Source: Dehalococcoidia bacterium
Lineage (GTDB): Bacteria; Chloroflexota; Dehalococcoidia; UBA2979
Assembly: GCA_964291495.2 (NCBI GenBank)
Contig: OZ219871.1
Span: 1,184,001 to 1,248,000, forward strand
Length of the DNA: 64,000 nt
Reading direction: 5' to 3'
Positions 8,876 through 19,070 of this stretch are shown piece after piece. Numbering within the stretch: position 1 is the first letter of the stretch; every line of letters starts with the position of its first letter. The notes below the pieces were generated by a model. That model ran no database searches and was not told the origin of the DNA. It saw only the letters and a list, made by a program, of their open reading frames with translations. The position numbers were made by a program, and so were the translations under genes.

Positions 8876-9649
8876 ATGGGCTTCATGATGGACGGTATCC
8901 GCATGGACGGCCGCGTCGCCGTCGTGACCGGCGCGGGCAGCGGCATCGGCCGCGCGATCGCGATCGGCATGGCCGACGTCGGCGCGCGCGTCGCGATCGG
9001 CGAGATCAACCCGGAGACCGGCCAGGAGACCGCCGACATGATCACCGAGGCCGGCGGCGAGGCGGTCTCGATCCCGACCGACGTGCGCGACCCGGACTCG
9101 CTGCGTGCGCTCGTCGCCGGAGCGCGCGAGCGCTTCGGGCGGCTCGACGCGATGTTCAACAACGCCGGCGGCAACTTCCAGGCGCCGACCCTCGACGTCT
9201 CGGAGCGAGGTTTCGACGCGGTCGCGCGCATGAACGTGCGCGCCGCCTTCATCGGCAGCCAGGCGGCGGCGCGCGTGATGCTCGATGACGGGCGCGGCGG
9301 CAGCATCGTCAGCACCGCCTCCAGCGCCGCCTACCACGCGACAGGGCAGGGCATCGCCGCCTACGCCGCGGCGAAGGCGGGCATCCTCGGCCTCACTCGC
9401 GAGCTGGCGGCGGAGTGGGGGACGCAGGGCATCCGCGTGAACGCGATCGCGCCCGGGGGCGTGGACAGCCCCGGCCGCCACAGGAACATCCAGCGCCGCG
9501 AGGACGACATCGCCGAGAACTACGGGCTCCTGAAGCGCCTCGGTTCGCCGGAGAACTTCGCGGCGGGGGCGATCTTCCTCGCCTCGGACCTGGCGGCCCA
9601 CATCACCGGCCACACGATTCACATCGACGCCGGTACCGGCGTCTCGTAG
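8876..9649 (+). CDS. Short-chain dehydrogenase/reductase
   Basis: TGAGSGIG, NNAG and YAAAK motifs. Confidence 0.92.
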   Translation: MGFMMDGIRMDGRVAVVTGAGSGIGRAIAIGMADVGARVAIGEINPETGQETADMITEAGGEAVSIPTDVRDPDSLRALVAGARERFGRLDAMFNNAGGNFQAPTLDVSERGFDAVARMNVRAAFIGSQAAARVMLDDGRGGSIVSTASSAAYHATGQGIAAYAAAKAGILGLTRELAAEWGTQGIRVNAIAPGGVDSPGRHRNIQRREDDIAENYGLLKRLGSPENFAAGAIFLASDLAAHITGHTIHIDAGTGVS

Positions 9650-9655
9650 CGCGCG

Positions 9656-10186
9656 CTACCCCTCGGCCTCCTCGAGGCGTGCGAGGGCGATGCGGCGGGC
9701 GCTGTTGTCGCCCGCTTCGGCGCGCACCTCGATACGTTCCGCCCACTTGATGCTGGTGAAGCACTCGCCGCCCGGCACGACGAGGCGCGCCGGGCCGCCG
9801 TGCTCGGCGGGCAGCGGCTCGCCGTTCACCTCGAGGGCGAGCAGGGCGTCGCGCGCCTGCTCGAGCGGCAGCGGCAGGCTGAAGTCGTCGGCGCTGATCT
9901 GCACCCACACCGCCTGCGACGGCGCTGCCGCCCGATCGAGCAGGTCGGCGACGGGCACGCCGCGCCAGCGCAGGCCCGGCACCGTCCAGCCCTCGAGGCA
10001 GCTGAAGTCGTCGACCATGAGGCGCTGCGGCATCGCGGCGAGGTCGCGGAGATCGAGGTCGAGCGCCGTGTCGACGAGGCCGTCGACGCGCAGCCGCCAG
10101 GCTGCCGGGTCGGGCGCATCGCCCGGGTGGACCGGGAGCGCGTCGAGGACGTGCAGGTCGCCGGCGGCGGAGTGCTGATCGGTCAT
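9656..10186 (-). CDS. Molybdopterin-dependent oxidoreductase, sulfite-oxidase/MsrP-like domain
   Basis: 'FSCLEGW', 'WRGV', 'HGGPARLVVPG' and 'SIKW'. Confidence 0.82.
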   Translation of the reverse strand: MTDQHSAAGDLHVLDALPVHPGDAPDPAAWRLRVDGLVDTALDLDLRDLAAMPQRLMVDDFSCLEGWTVPGLRWRGVPVADLLDRAAAPSQAVWVQISADDFSLPLPLEQARDALLALEVNGEPLPAEHGGPARLVVPGGECFTSIKWAERIEVRAEAGDNSARRIALARLEEAEG

Positions 10187-10211
10187 CGCAGCTCTCTCGA
10201 TCGCGCAGGGG

Positions 10212-10246
10212 CCCTCACCCCCCGCCCTCTCCCTCGGGGAGAGGGG
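10212..10246. repeat. REP-like palindrome, family A (CCCTCACCC-N-CCCTCTCCC-N-GGGAGAGGG)
   Basis: Intergenic hairpin; near-identical copies occur elsewhere in the window. Confidence 0.8.
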
Positions 10247-10270
10247 GCCGGAGCGCGGGCGCCCGCCCCG

Positions 10271-11239
10271 TTAGTATCCGGCCTGCTTGTCGATCAGGCC
10301 TTCGAGCGGCTCGCCGGTGCGCAGCCGCCAGAGGTTGCCGCAGAAGCGGTCGATGTTCCGAGGCGCACGCAGCTGGCTGGCGCCGGCGGCGTGCGGCGTC
10401 ATCACCACGTCGTCGCGCTGCCACAGCGGGTGGTCCTCGGGCAGCGGCTCGATCGGCACCACGTCGAGCCCTGCCCCGGCGAGCTGGCCGGAGTCGAGCG
10501 CCTCGATCAGGGCGTCGGCGTCGATGATCTCGCCGCGCGTGACGTTGACGATCATCGAGCCGCGCGGCATCCGCGCGAACGCCTCGCGGTCGAACAGGCC
10601 GTGGGTCTCCGGCGTCAGCGGGCAGCAGACCGCAACCACGTCCGAGGCCTCGAGCAGGTCGTTGAAGCGATCCATCGCCCAGACCTCGTCGACATGGTCG
10701 TCGCCCTCGAGGGCGTCGCGGTCGACGGCGATGCTGCGCATGCCGAAGCCCGTTGCGCGCTGCGCGACGGATCGCCCGGTCCCGCCGTAGCCGACGATTC
10801 CCATCACCTTGCCGGTCAGCTCGGTCTCCTGCATGCGCAGCGCGCGTCGCTGGTCCCAGGCCTCGGGGCCGAGCCGGATCGCCGAGCCGACCTTGCGCGT
10901 GAGGGCGAGCAGCAGCGCGAAGGCGTGATCGGCGAGCTGCGGGCCGACCTGCCCCTTCTCGCTCGACAGCATGACCTCGCCGTCACGGAACGCGGGATAG
11001 AGGTAGCGGTTCACTCCCGAGGCAATGGCGTGGACCCAGCGCAGGTTCGGCGCGGCCGCGTACAGCTGCGGCGTCACGAAGCCGAGGACCACGTCCGTCT
11101 CCGCCGCGAACTCCAGCGCCTCGCCGTCCGAGTCGACGACCGTGACCGTCGAGTCCGGCCCGGCGGCCTCCATGATCCGCTCGATGATCTCGGGCGGCAC
11201 CTCGGGCAGGGCCGTCCCCGTAACGATGAGGATGTTCAT
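10271..11239 (-). CDS. D-2-hydroxyacid dehydrogenase family
   Basis: 'GIVGYGGTG', 'VNVTRG', 'GLDV..EPL' and 'TPHAAG'. Confidence 0.9.
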   Translation of the reverse strand: MNILIVTGTALPEVPPEIIERIMEAAGPDSTVTVVDSDGEALEFAAETDVVLGFVTPQLYAAAPNLRWVHAIASGVNRYLYPAFRDGEVMLSSEKGQVGPQLADHAFALLLALTRKVGSAIRLGPEAWDQRRALRMQETELTGKVMGIVGYGGTGRSVAQRATGFGMRSIAVDRDALEGDDHVDEVWAMDRFNDLLEASDVVAVCCPLTPETHGLFDREAFARMPRGSMIVNVTRGEIIDADALIEALDSGQLAGAGLDVVPIEPLPEDHPLWQRDDVVMTPHAAGASQLRAPRNIDRFCGNLWRLRTGEPLEGLIDKQAGY

Positions 11240-11403
11240 CTTGAGCCCCCAATCGGCAGGGCGGAGCCTACTCCCATCGGCGCGGCGTTGCGTGCGCAGG
11301 GCTGATCGAGCGCCCCAACCGCCGGCCACCTCGGTAGTATGGCGTTCGTAGTGGAGCTGCGAGGCGGCCGCTCCCCCGGTCAGCGCCTCGCGTTGGAGGC
11401 AGC

Positions 11404-12615
11404 ATGATCACCGACGAAATCAAGGTCATCGACGTCGACACGCACGTGACGGAGCCCTACGACCTCTTCACCTCGCGAGTCTCGACCAAGAAGTGGGGCG
11501 ACATGGTGCCCCACGTCCGCACGATTCCCTGGGACACGGCGAGGCAGTGGGATCCGAAGGCGGACCCCGAGACGCTGCGCGACATCTGGATCCTCAACGG
11601 CCAGCCGTCCTCGCCGATCGGCATCACCACCATGGCCGGCTGGCGCGAGTGGCCGCCCGCGCATCCCTCGACCCTCGAGGATTTCGACCCCGGCGCCTAC
11701 GACGCCGAGAAGCGCCTGGAGCGCATGGACGAGTACGGGATGTACGCCCACGTCATCTACCCGAACGTGGCCGGCTTCGGGAACCAGAACTTCCTCAAGC
11801 TCGAGGATCCCGAGCTGATGCTGGCCTGTGTTCAGGCCTACAACGACTTCCTGCACGAGTGGTGCGGCCTCAACCCGGACCGGCTATTGCCGATCATGGC
11901 GGTCCCCTTCTGGGACGTGGATGAGACGGTCAAGGAGATCGAGCGCTGCGCCAAGCTCGGTCACAAGGGCGTGCTGTTCCCGCAGCAGCCGCACTACTTC
12001 GGCGACGCGCCGATGCTCGCGGACCCGCACTGGAACCCGGTCTGGCACACCGCCGAGGACCTGGGCCTGAGCATCAACTTCCACATCGGCTCGGGGAACC
12101 CGGTGGACACGCGCGGTGGCTACGAGGGCAATGGCCCGCAGGCGAACTACTCGGCCGGCACGGTGCGCTTCTTCATGGACAACATGAACGGGATCATGGA
12201 GATCCTGATCTCGGGCATCTGCCACCGCCACCCGAACCTCAACTTCGTCTCCGTCGAGAGCGGCATCGGCTGGGTGCCGTACGTCCTCGAGGCGGTCGAC
12301 TGGCAGTGGCTCAACGCCGGAGGGCGCGACGAGCATCCGGAGATGGACCTGCTGCCGAGCGAGTACTTCAGGCGCCAGGTCTATGCCTGCTTCTGGTTCG
12401 AGCGCGAAGTGGCGCTGCACACGATCGAGATGCTGCCCGACAACGTCCTCTACGAGACGGACTTCCCGCATCCGACGAGCATGTCGCCGGGTCCGGCCTC
12501 GGTCGCGGACAAGCCGAAGGACTTCATCGAGCGCAACCTCAGCTCACTGCCGAGGGAGACGCTACAGAAGATCCTCCACGACAACGCCGCGCGCGTGTAC
12601 AACCTCGACTACTAG
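11404..12615 (+). CDS. Amidohydrolase_2 family metal-dependent hydrolase/decarboxylase
   Basis: 'DVDTH', 'AYND', 'NFHIG', 'VESGIGW' and 'ETDFPH'. Confidence 0.88.
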   Translation: MITDEIKVIDVDTHVTEPYDLFTSRVSTKKWGDMVPHVRTIPWDTARQWDPKADPETLRDIWILNGQPSSPIGITTMAGWREWPPAHPSTLEDFDPGAYDAEKRLERMDEYGMYAHVIYPNVAGFGNQNFLKLEDPELMLACVQAYNDFLHEWCGLNPDRLLPIMAVPFWDVDETVKEIERCAKLGHKGVLFPQQPHYFGDAPMLADPHWNPVWHTAEDLGLSINFHIGSGNPVDTRGGYEGNGPQANYSAGTVRFFMDNMNGIMEILISGICHRHPNLNFVSVESGIGWVPYVLEAVDWQWLNAGGRDEHPEMDLLPSEYFRRQVYACFWFEREVALHTIEMLPDNVLYETDFPHPTSMSPGPASVADKPKDFIERNLSSLPRETLQKILHDNAARVYNLDY

Positions 12616-12638
12616 CTCCGAAGGCGCGCCCCGCCCTG

Positions 12639-13721
12639 CTAGTCGAAGAGCAGGATGGTGCGCGCGCCGACGTGGGCGCGCTGGTCCTCGAAGGCCTGGT
12701 CCAGGTCCTCGAGCCGTCCGCGCCGCGTGACCAGCTCGTCGAGCTTGAGCTGGCCCTGGCGGTAGAGCTCGAGGTAGCGCGGGATGTCGACGCGCGCGCG
12801 GGTGCGGCCCATGAACACGCCCTGGATGCGCCGGTCCTGGATCAGCAGGTTCGGCGGCAACTCCAGCGGCGCGGTGATGCCCGCGCCGATGATCGACGCC
12901 GTGCCGCCGGCGCGGGTGCAGGCGAAGGCCTGTTCCGCCGTCGCCTTCATCCCGATCGCCTCGAAGGAGTAATGCACGCCGCGCCCTTCGGTCAGGTCGC
13001 GGATCGCCTCGACCGGATCGTCGACCTCCGAGGCGTTCACCAGGTCCGTTGCGCCGAGTTGCCGCGCGCGCTCCAGCTTCTCGTCGGTCAGGTCGACGGC
13101 GATGATCCGGCTCGCCCCGGCGATGCGCGCGCCCTGGACGACCGAGAGCCCGACGCCGCCGAGGCCGAAGACGGCCGCCGTGGTGCCCGGCTTCAGCTCG
13201 GCTGAGCGGAAGACCGCGCCGAGCCCGGTGATCACCCCGCAGCCGACGAGGCAAGCCGTCTCCAGTGGCACGTCGCCGGGCAGCTTCACGACGCCGGCCT
13301 CGGGCACCAGCATGTACTCGGCGAAGCTGCCGACGTTCGTGAGGGCCAGCACGCCCTCGCCGTTGAGCGTGATCCGAGGGCGCTCGTGCCGGCGGCGGCG
13401 CGGCCGGTCGAGGCAGCGGTGCGGGTTGTCGCTCAGGCACTCCTCGCACTGGCCGCAGAAGACGACGCCCGTGACGATCACGCGGTCGCCGGGCTGCACG
13501 TAGCTCACGTCCAACCCGACCGCCTCGACGACGCCGGAGCCCTCGTGGCCGAGGATGCCGGGGGTCGGCCACTGGCCGATGCCCTCGACGAACATCAGGT
13601 CGCTGTGGCAGACGCCGCTGGCGGCGGTGCGGACCAGCACCTCGCGTGGCCACGGGTCGTCGACCTCGACCTCCTCGATCGGCATCGGCTGGTTGGCGCC
13701 GTGGTAGATCGCGGCTCTCAT
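12639..13721 (-). CDS. Zn-dependent alcohol dehydrogenase
   Basis: 'GVCHSD', 'GHEGSG', C-x2-C-x2-C-x7-C and 'GLGGVG'. Confidence 0.93.
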   Translation of the reverse strand: MRAAIYHGANQPMPIEEVEVDDPWPREVLVRTAASGVCHSDLMFVEGIGQWPTPGILGHEGSGVVEAVGLDVSYVQPGDRVIVTGVVFCGQCEECLSDNPHRCLDRPRRRRHERPRITLNGEGVLALTNVGSFAEYMLVPEAGVVKLPGDVPLETACLVGCGVITGLGAVFRSAELKPGTTAAVFGLGGVGLSVVQGARIAGASRIIAVDLTDEKLERARQLGATDLVNASEVDDPVEAIRDLTEGRGVHYSFEAIGMKATAEQAFACTRAGGTASIIGAGITAPLELPPNLLIQDRRIQGVFMGRTRARVDIPRYLELYRQGQLKLDELVTRRGRLEDLDQAFEDQRAHVGARTILLFD

Positions 13722-13892
13722 GGTCGACTCCCCTCAAGTGCCGAGTCGCCGGGAGCATAGCGGTCGGCATGAGCAGGGCGCTCAGGGCCGTCACATGCGC
13801 AGCACATGTGCTACGCCGCGGTCGAAATCCTCCCGGTCGACGCCGCCACGGACTGACGCACACGACCCGAGAAAGCAGAACCTCGCCGAGGT

Positions 13893-15032
13893 CTACGCGC
13901 CGTCCTCAAGGCTGGCGTAGGTGGCCTCGATGAGAGTGCGCGCGCGCACGTCGCCGGGCCCGCGAATGCGGTTCATCACGTAGGCGAAGCCGAGCCCCGA
14001 GCCCGGGTCCGCGAAGGCCTGCGAGCCGCCGACGCCGGAGTGCCCGAAGGCGGTCTCCGGCCTCGGGTCGTCCAGCTCCGGCGAGGGCAACTGGAAGCCG
14101 AGCGCGTAGCGGTTCGAGACGCCGATCGTCGCGTCCGTGCCCTCGCTCTGCAGCACGCGCGCCGCCTCGATCGCCTCGCTGCTCAGGAGGCGCACGCCGT
14201 CCAGCTCGCCGCCGCGGGCGAGCGCGCCGTAGAAGCGGGCGAGGCCGCGCGCGTCGCTGTGCGCGTTCCCGGCGGGGATCTCGGCCTCGCGCCACTCGGT
14301 CGTGTTCGCGGTCTCGAAGGTCCACGGCGGATTGTTGTGCGCCATCGCGATGATCGAGGTCACGTCGGGCTCCGGCAGCGGGCTGCGGCTCGGCGGGACG
14401 ATCTCCGCGACGCGCGCCTGCTCGGCGGCGGAGAGCCCGATGTGGAAGTCGAGGCCGAGCGGCTCCACGATCTCCTCGCGGATGAAGGCGCCGACCCGGC
14501 GGCCGCTCACGCGGCGCACGATCTCGCCGATGATCCAGCCGTAGGTCCAGACGTGGTAGCCGTGCCGGGTCCCGGGCTCCCACCACGGCTCGGCCTCGGC
14601 CAGCGCCGCGGTCATCGTCTCCCAGTCGTACTTCGCCTCCTCCGGCAGCAGGCGCCGCGCGCCGACCACGCCGGAGCGGTGCCCCAGCACGTGGCGGACC
14701 GTGACGCCCTCCTTGCCGCCCTGCGCGAACTCCGGCCAGTAGCGCGCCACGGGAGCCTCGATGTCCACGAGCCCGCGGTCGGCGAGCATGTGCAGGCCGA
14801 GCGAGAGCACGCCCTTCCCGGTCGAGTAGAGGTTGACGATCGTGTCGCGCTCCCAGGCGCGCGCGCCGGCGGAGTCGGCGTTCCCCGCCCAGAGGTCGAC
14901 GACCGGCTCGCCGTCGATGGTGACGGCGACCGCGGCGCCGATGTCGCCGCGCTCCGTGAAGTTCTCCTCGAACGCCTCGCGCACCGCAGCGAACCGCGCA
15001 TCGCACTCGCCGTGGATCTCGACCTCGGACAT
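13893..15032 (-). CDS. Serine hydrolase, beta-lactamase-related esterase family
   Basis: SxxK (STGK), 'GYH' and 'FGHSGVGGS'. Confidence 0.88.
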   Translation of the reverse strand: MSEVEIHGECDARFAAVREAFEENFTERGDIGAAVAVTIDGEPVVDLWAGNADSAGARAWERDTIVNLYSTGKGVLSLGLHMLADRGLVDIEAPVARYWPEFAQGGKEGVTVRHVLGHRSGVVGARRLLPEEAKYDWETMTAALAEAEPWWEPGTRHGYHVWTYGWIIGEIVRRVSGRRVGAFIREEIVEPLGLDFHIGLSAAEQARVAEIVPPSRSPLPEPDVTSIIAMAHNNPPWTFETANTTEWREAEIPAGNAHSDARGLARFYGALARGGELDGVRLLSSEAIEAARVLQSEGTDATIGVSNRYALGFQLPSPELDDPRPETAFGHSGVGGSQAFADPGSGLGFAYVMNRIRGPGDVRARTLIEATYASLEDGA

Positions 15033-15171
15033 ACGCCGCCTCCCGACACGCCGGCGCAGCGTACGACAGGCCGCGCGAGGGCGCGCGCGGCCTTCGAGGG
15101 GCGGCGTCATCCGCTACAGTGCCAGCGCGGGAGCCGCCGCGGGCGCGATCTCGCGTGAAGGGTCTATCGAG

Positions 15172-15903
15172 ATGCACGAGACGCTGAGCATCGAGCGCGA
15201 GGGCCGCGTCGCCACGCTCACCGTGACCCGGCCGCCCGTGAACGCGCTCGGCCTCGACATGCTCGAGTCGATGGCCGAGGAGCTGCACCGCCTTGGCGAC
15301 GACCCGGAGATCAGCGCGATCGTCTGGCGCAGCGGCGTGCCCGGCATCTTCAGCGGCGGCTTCGACCTCAACGACCCGCGCAGCGCCAGCTCCACGCCGA
15401 TCCACACTCCGCCCGGCGACCACCTGGTGCGCGTGCGCAACGCGCAGACCGCGCTGCTCGATGTACCCGTGCCGATCATCGTCGCGATCAACGGCGCGGC
15501 GGTCGGCCTCGGGATGCTGATGCCGGCGCTCTGCGACATCGTGATCGCCGGGAGGAGCGCGCGCTTCGGGCTGCCGGAGATCCAGATCAACTCGATCGGC
15601 GGGGCCGGCCACGCGCGCCGCATCCTCCCGGAGCCGGTGCTGCGCTACCTGATGCTGACCGGCCGCCGCGTCACGCCCGAGTACCTGCAGCAGTGCGGCG
15701 CGATCGCGCTCGTCGTCGAGGACGACCAGCTCGACGCGGAGGCGCAGGCGATCGCCTCCGAGATCGCGAGCTACGACCCCGTCGTCGTGCGCAACTCCAA
15801 GATCTCCCTCGAGGCCTTGCGCAAGATCGACGACGTCGCGCTCGCCTACTCGCTCGAGCACAAGTGGGGCGCTGCGCTCCGCTGGTCGCGCCAGCAGGGC
15901 TAA
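15172..15903 (+). CDS. Enoyl-CoA hydratase/isomerase (crotonase) family
   Basis: 'PPVNAL', 'FSGGFDL', 'AINGAAVGLG' and 'FGLPEI'. Confidence 0.85.
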   Translation: MHETLSIEREGRVATLTVTRPPVNALGLDMLESMAEELHRLGDDPEISAIVWRSGVPGIFSGGFDLNDPRSASSTPIHTPPGDHLVRVRNAQTALLDVPVPIIVAINGAAVGLGMLMPALCDIVIAGRSARFGLPEIQINSIGGAGHARRILPEPVLRYLMLTGRRVTPEYLQQCGAIALVVEDDQLDAEAQAIASEIASYDPVVVRNSKISLEALRKIDDVALAYSLEHKWGAALRWSRQQG

Positions 15904-15984
15904 GGCCGGACCTCGCGCGACAGCCGCGACGCGCCGGTCGCAATCGAGGCCGTGTAACATGATTGCGCACGGGAGCGAACCGGG

Positions 15985-16542
15985 ATGACGACCACAGAGG
16001 CGAAGCTGCTCACCGCCGCCGACCTGCTGCGACTCGGCAGCCGCGGCGTGCGCGGCGAGCTGATTCGAGGGGTGCTCTGCGAGACCATGCCGACGGGACA
16101 CGAGCACGGCAAGATCGTCACCAATCTGGTCATTGCATTGGGCGCCTTCGTGAAGCCCCGGCGGCTGGGGACGCTCGTCGCCTCGGACTCCGGCGTATGG
16201 CTCGAGCGCGATCCGGACACCGTGCGCGAGCCGGACATCGCGTACACCTCGGCGGAGAAGATCCCGCTCGACGCGCGCATCGTCGGCTACGCCGAGGCCG
16301 TGCCCGACCTCGTGGTAGAGGTGCGGTCCCCGAGCGACAGCCGCCGCGAGGTCCACGACAAGGCGCGGATGTGGCTGAGCCACGGCGTACGCATCGCGTG
16401 GGTCGTGCACCCGGACACGCGCACGGTTGACGTGCATCGGCCAGACCAGCCTGCCGCCACCCTCGGCGCGAACGACAGCCTCGAGGGCGGCGACGTGCTG
16501 CCCGGCTTCGCCCACCCCGTGAGCGCCATCTTCGAGGCGTAG
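15985..16542 (+). CDS. Uma2 (DUF820) family endonuclease-like protein
   Basis: 'ELIRG', 'REPDIAY', 'PDLVVEVRSPSD' and 'VLPGF'. Confidence 0.88.
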   Translation: MTTTEAKLLTAADLLRLGSRGVRGELIRGVLCETMPTGHEHGKIVTNLVIALGAFVKPRRLGTLVASDSGVWLERDPDTVREPDIAYTSAEKIPLDARIVGYAEAVPDLVVEVRSPSDSRREVHDKARMWLSHGVRIAWVVHPDTRTVDVHRPDQPAATLGANDSLEGGDVLPGFAHPVSAIFEA

Positions 16543-16558
16543 CCGCCTCGTCGCGCCG

Positions 16559-19042
16559 ATGCCGCCGTCAGCCGCAGCGCCGCCGCTCTCCGGCATCCGC
16601 GTGCTGGACCTAACCACCGCGCGCTGCGAGATCGGCGGGAGGATCCTCGCCGACCTCGGCGCCGAGGTGCTCAAGATCGAGCCGCCCGAGGGCTGCGACG
16701 CGCGCCGCATGCCGCCCTTCGAGGACGGCCGCGAGGACGAGCCGGACGGCTCGCTCTACTGGGCCGTCTACGGCGCGAGCAAGCGCAGCGTCGTGCTCGA
16801 CCTCGCTTCGGACGAGGGCCGCCGGGGCCTGCGCGCGCTGGCCGAGGGCACCGACGTGCTGCTGGAGTCGTTCGCGCCCGGCCACCTCGCGGCGCTCGGC
16901 CTCGGCTACGAGGATCTGCGCGCGCTCAACCCCGCGCTCGTCTACGCCTCGATCACGCCCTACGGGCAGAGCGGGCCGGACGCGCTCTCGCCGGCGACGG
17001 AGCTGACGATCGAGGCGGCCGGCGGGCTGCTCTCGCTGCAGGGCGACGGCGACCGCCCGCCGATCCCGGTCGGCTACCCGCAGGCCGGGCTGCACGGCGG
17101 CGCGCAGGCCGCCGCAGACGCCGTCGTGGCGCTCGTCGAGCGCGACCGCTCCGGCCTCGGCCAGCACCTCGACGTCTCGATGCAGGCCTGCATGGTCTGG
17201 ACGATGATGGACGCGAGCGGCTACCCGCCGAACGAGGGCGGCGACAGGCCCGGCTACGGCGACGATCGCGCCGAGCCTCGGCCTCCCCACCCCTCCGGCC
17301 TCCACCTGCCAAGCGTGATCGCGGCCGCCGATGGCCACGTGATCGTGACGATGGGCGTCACTCTCCCGCAGCGCATCGCCATCAACGAAACCATCGCCTG
17401 GATGCGGGAGGACGGCGTCGAGTTGCCCGAACGCCTCCGGGCGGTCGACTGGGAGCACTGGCACGAGCAGTTCATCGATCCCAGCGCCGTCCCGGCGGAG
17501 ACGGTGGCGCTGTTCGACGAGGCGCTCCGGCTCGCGGTCGAGTTCATCGGCACCAGGCCGAAGCGCGAACTGCACGAGCGCGCCGTCGCCAGCGGGGCGC
17601 TGATCGCGCCGATCATGACCGCCGCCGATCTCCTCGCGGACCCGCAGCTTGCCTATCGCGACTACTGGAGGGAGGTCGAGGGCCGCCCGCACCCCGGACC
17701 GTTCGCGAGGGCGAGCCGCACGCCGCTGCGCAGCCCGCAGCCCGCGCCGGCACTCGGCGAGGCGAACGCGCTCCTCGGCGAGTCGCGGCGGCCGATGCCA
17801 GCCGAGCGCCCCGACGTGAGCGCCACCCCGACGCGCACGAGGGCGTTCGAGGGGCTCAGGGTGGCGGACTTCTCCTGGGTGGGCGTCGGTCCGCTGCTCG
17901 GCAAGGCGCTGGCCGATCACGGCGCGACGGTGGTGCGAGTCGAGACCGCGAAGCGCATCGACACCCTGCGCGGGATGGGGTCGTTCAAGGGCGGCGTGCG
18001 GGACATCAACCGGGCGCAGTTCTTCGCCAACTTCAACTCCTCGAAGCTGGGCATGACGCTCGACCTGTCGAGCGAGGGCGGCCGCTCCGTCGCGCGCAGG
18101 CTCGCGGGCTGGGCGGACGTGGTCCTCGAGAGCTTCACGCCGGGCACGATGGAGCGGCACGGGCTGGGCTGGGAGACGCTGAGCGCGGGCCGCGACGACC
18201 TGCTGATGGTGCGCACCTGCCTCCGAGGGCAGACCGGTCCGGAGGCCCCGTTCACCGGCTTCGGCAGCCAGGGCGCCGCGCTGGCCGGGCTGCACGGCGT
18301 GACCGGCTGGCCGGACCGCCCTCCCGCTGGGCCCTACGGCGCCTACACGGACTTCATCAACCCGCGCTTCGGCCTCGCCGTGATCGCGGCGGCGCTCCGT
18401 GAACGCGCCCGCAGCGGACGCGGCCAGTTGCTCGACATCTCGCAGGTCGAGGTCGGCATCCACTTCCTCTCGCCGCTCGTCCTCGACTACGCGGTCAACG
18501 GCCGCGTTGCGCCGCCCGCCGGGCACGACTCGCGCACCGCCTGCCCGCACGGCGTCTACCGGGTCGCCGGCGCCGAACGCTACATCGCAATCGCCTGCGA
18601 GACGGCGGAGCAGTGGCGCGCGCTGCGCGACCTCGCCCGCCTCGAGGGCTTAGACGGTGGCGAGTTCAAGAGCTACGAGGGCCGGCTCGCCGCGCGCGAT
18701 CGCATCGACGAGGCGCTGCGCGGCTGGTGCGCCGGGCAGGACGGGCATGCCCTCGCCGCCCGGCTGAAGGCGGCCGGGGTCCCCGCCTCGGCGGTGCTGC
18801 GCGCGAGCGACCTCTACGAGGACGCCCAGCTGGCGCATCGCGGGTTCTTCGTCACCCTGGACCATCCGGCGATGGGCCCGACGCCGTACGACGGCCTCGC
18901 GACCATCTACTCGGAGACGCCCGGCACGCCTCGCAAGGCCGCGCCGCTGCTGGGCGAGGACACGCACTACGTGCTCACGGAGCTGCTCGGACTCTCCGCC
19001 GAGGAGGCCGCGATCCTCGCGGCGAGCGGGGCGCTCACCTAG
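16559..19042 (+). CDS. Double-domain CaiB/BaiF CoA-transferase
   Basis: Two family III repeats: 'LSGIRVLDL...KRSVVLDL' and 'FEGLRVADFSW...KLGMTLDL'. Confidence 0.9.
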   Translation: MPPSAAAPPLSGIRVLDLTTARCEIGGRILADLGAEVLKIEPPEGCDARRMPPFEDGREDEPDGSLYWAVYGASKRSVVLDLASDEGRRGLRALAEGTDVLLESFAPGHLAALGLGYEDLRALNPALVYASITPYGQSGPDALSPATELTIEAAGGLLSLQGDGDRPPIPVGYPQAGLHGGAQAAADAVVALVERDRSGLGQHLDVSMQACMVWTMMDASGYPPNEGGDRPGYGDDRAEPRPPHPSGLHLPSVIAAADGHVIVTMGVTLPQRIAINETIAWMREDGVELPERLRAVDWEHWHEQFIDPSAVPAETVALFDEALRLAVEFIGTRPKRELHERAVASGALIAPIMTAADLLADPQLAYRDYWREVEGRPHPGPFARASRTPLRSPQPAPALGEANALLGESRRPMPAERPDVSATPTRTRAFEGLRVADFSWVGVGPLLGKALADHGATVVRVETAKRIDTLRGMGSFKGGVRDINRAQFFANFNSSKLGMTLDLSSEGGRSVARRLAGWADVVLESFTPGTMERHGLGWETLSAGRDDLLMVRTCLRGQTGPEAPFTGFGSQGAALAGLHGVTGWPDRPPAGPYGAYTDFINPRFGLAVIAAALRERARSGRGQLLDISQVEVGIHFLSPLVLDYAVNGRVAPPAGHDSRTACPHGVYRVAGAERYIAIACETAEQWRALRDLARLEGLDGGEFKSYEGRLAARDRIDEALRGWCAGQDGHALAARLKAAGVPASAVLRASDLYEDAQLAHRGFFVTLDHPAMGPTPYDGLATIYSETPGTPRKAAPLLGEDTHYVLTELLGLSAEEAAILAASGALT

Positions 19043-19070
19043 AATCACGCAGCACGCGCCGGGGGATGCG

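Noticed and set aside
11359-11392. Hairpin (gcgaggcg...cgcctcgc) in the amidohydrolase leader as a riboswitch
   Set aside because: A short GC stem is expected by chance at this composition, and no recognisable aptamer motif is present.
13893-15032. Beta-lactamase resistance gene
   Set aside because: No signal peptide; the motifs match cytoplasmic family VIII-like esterases in a catabolic context.
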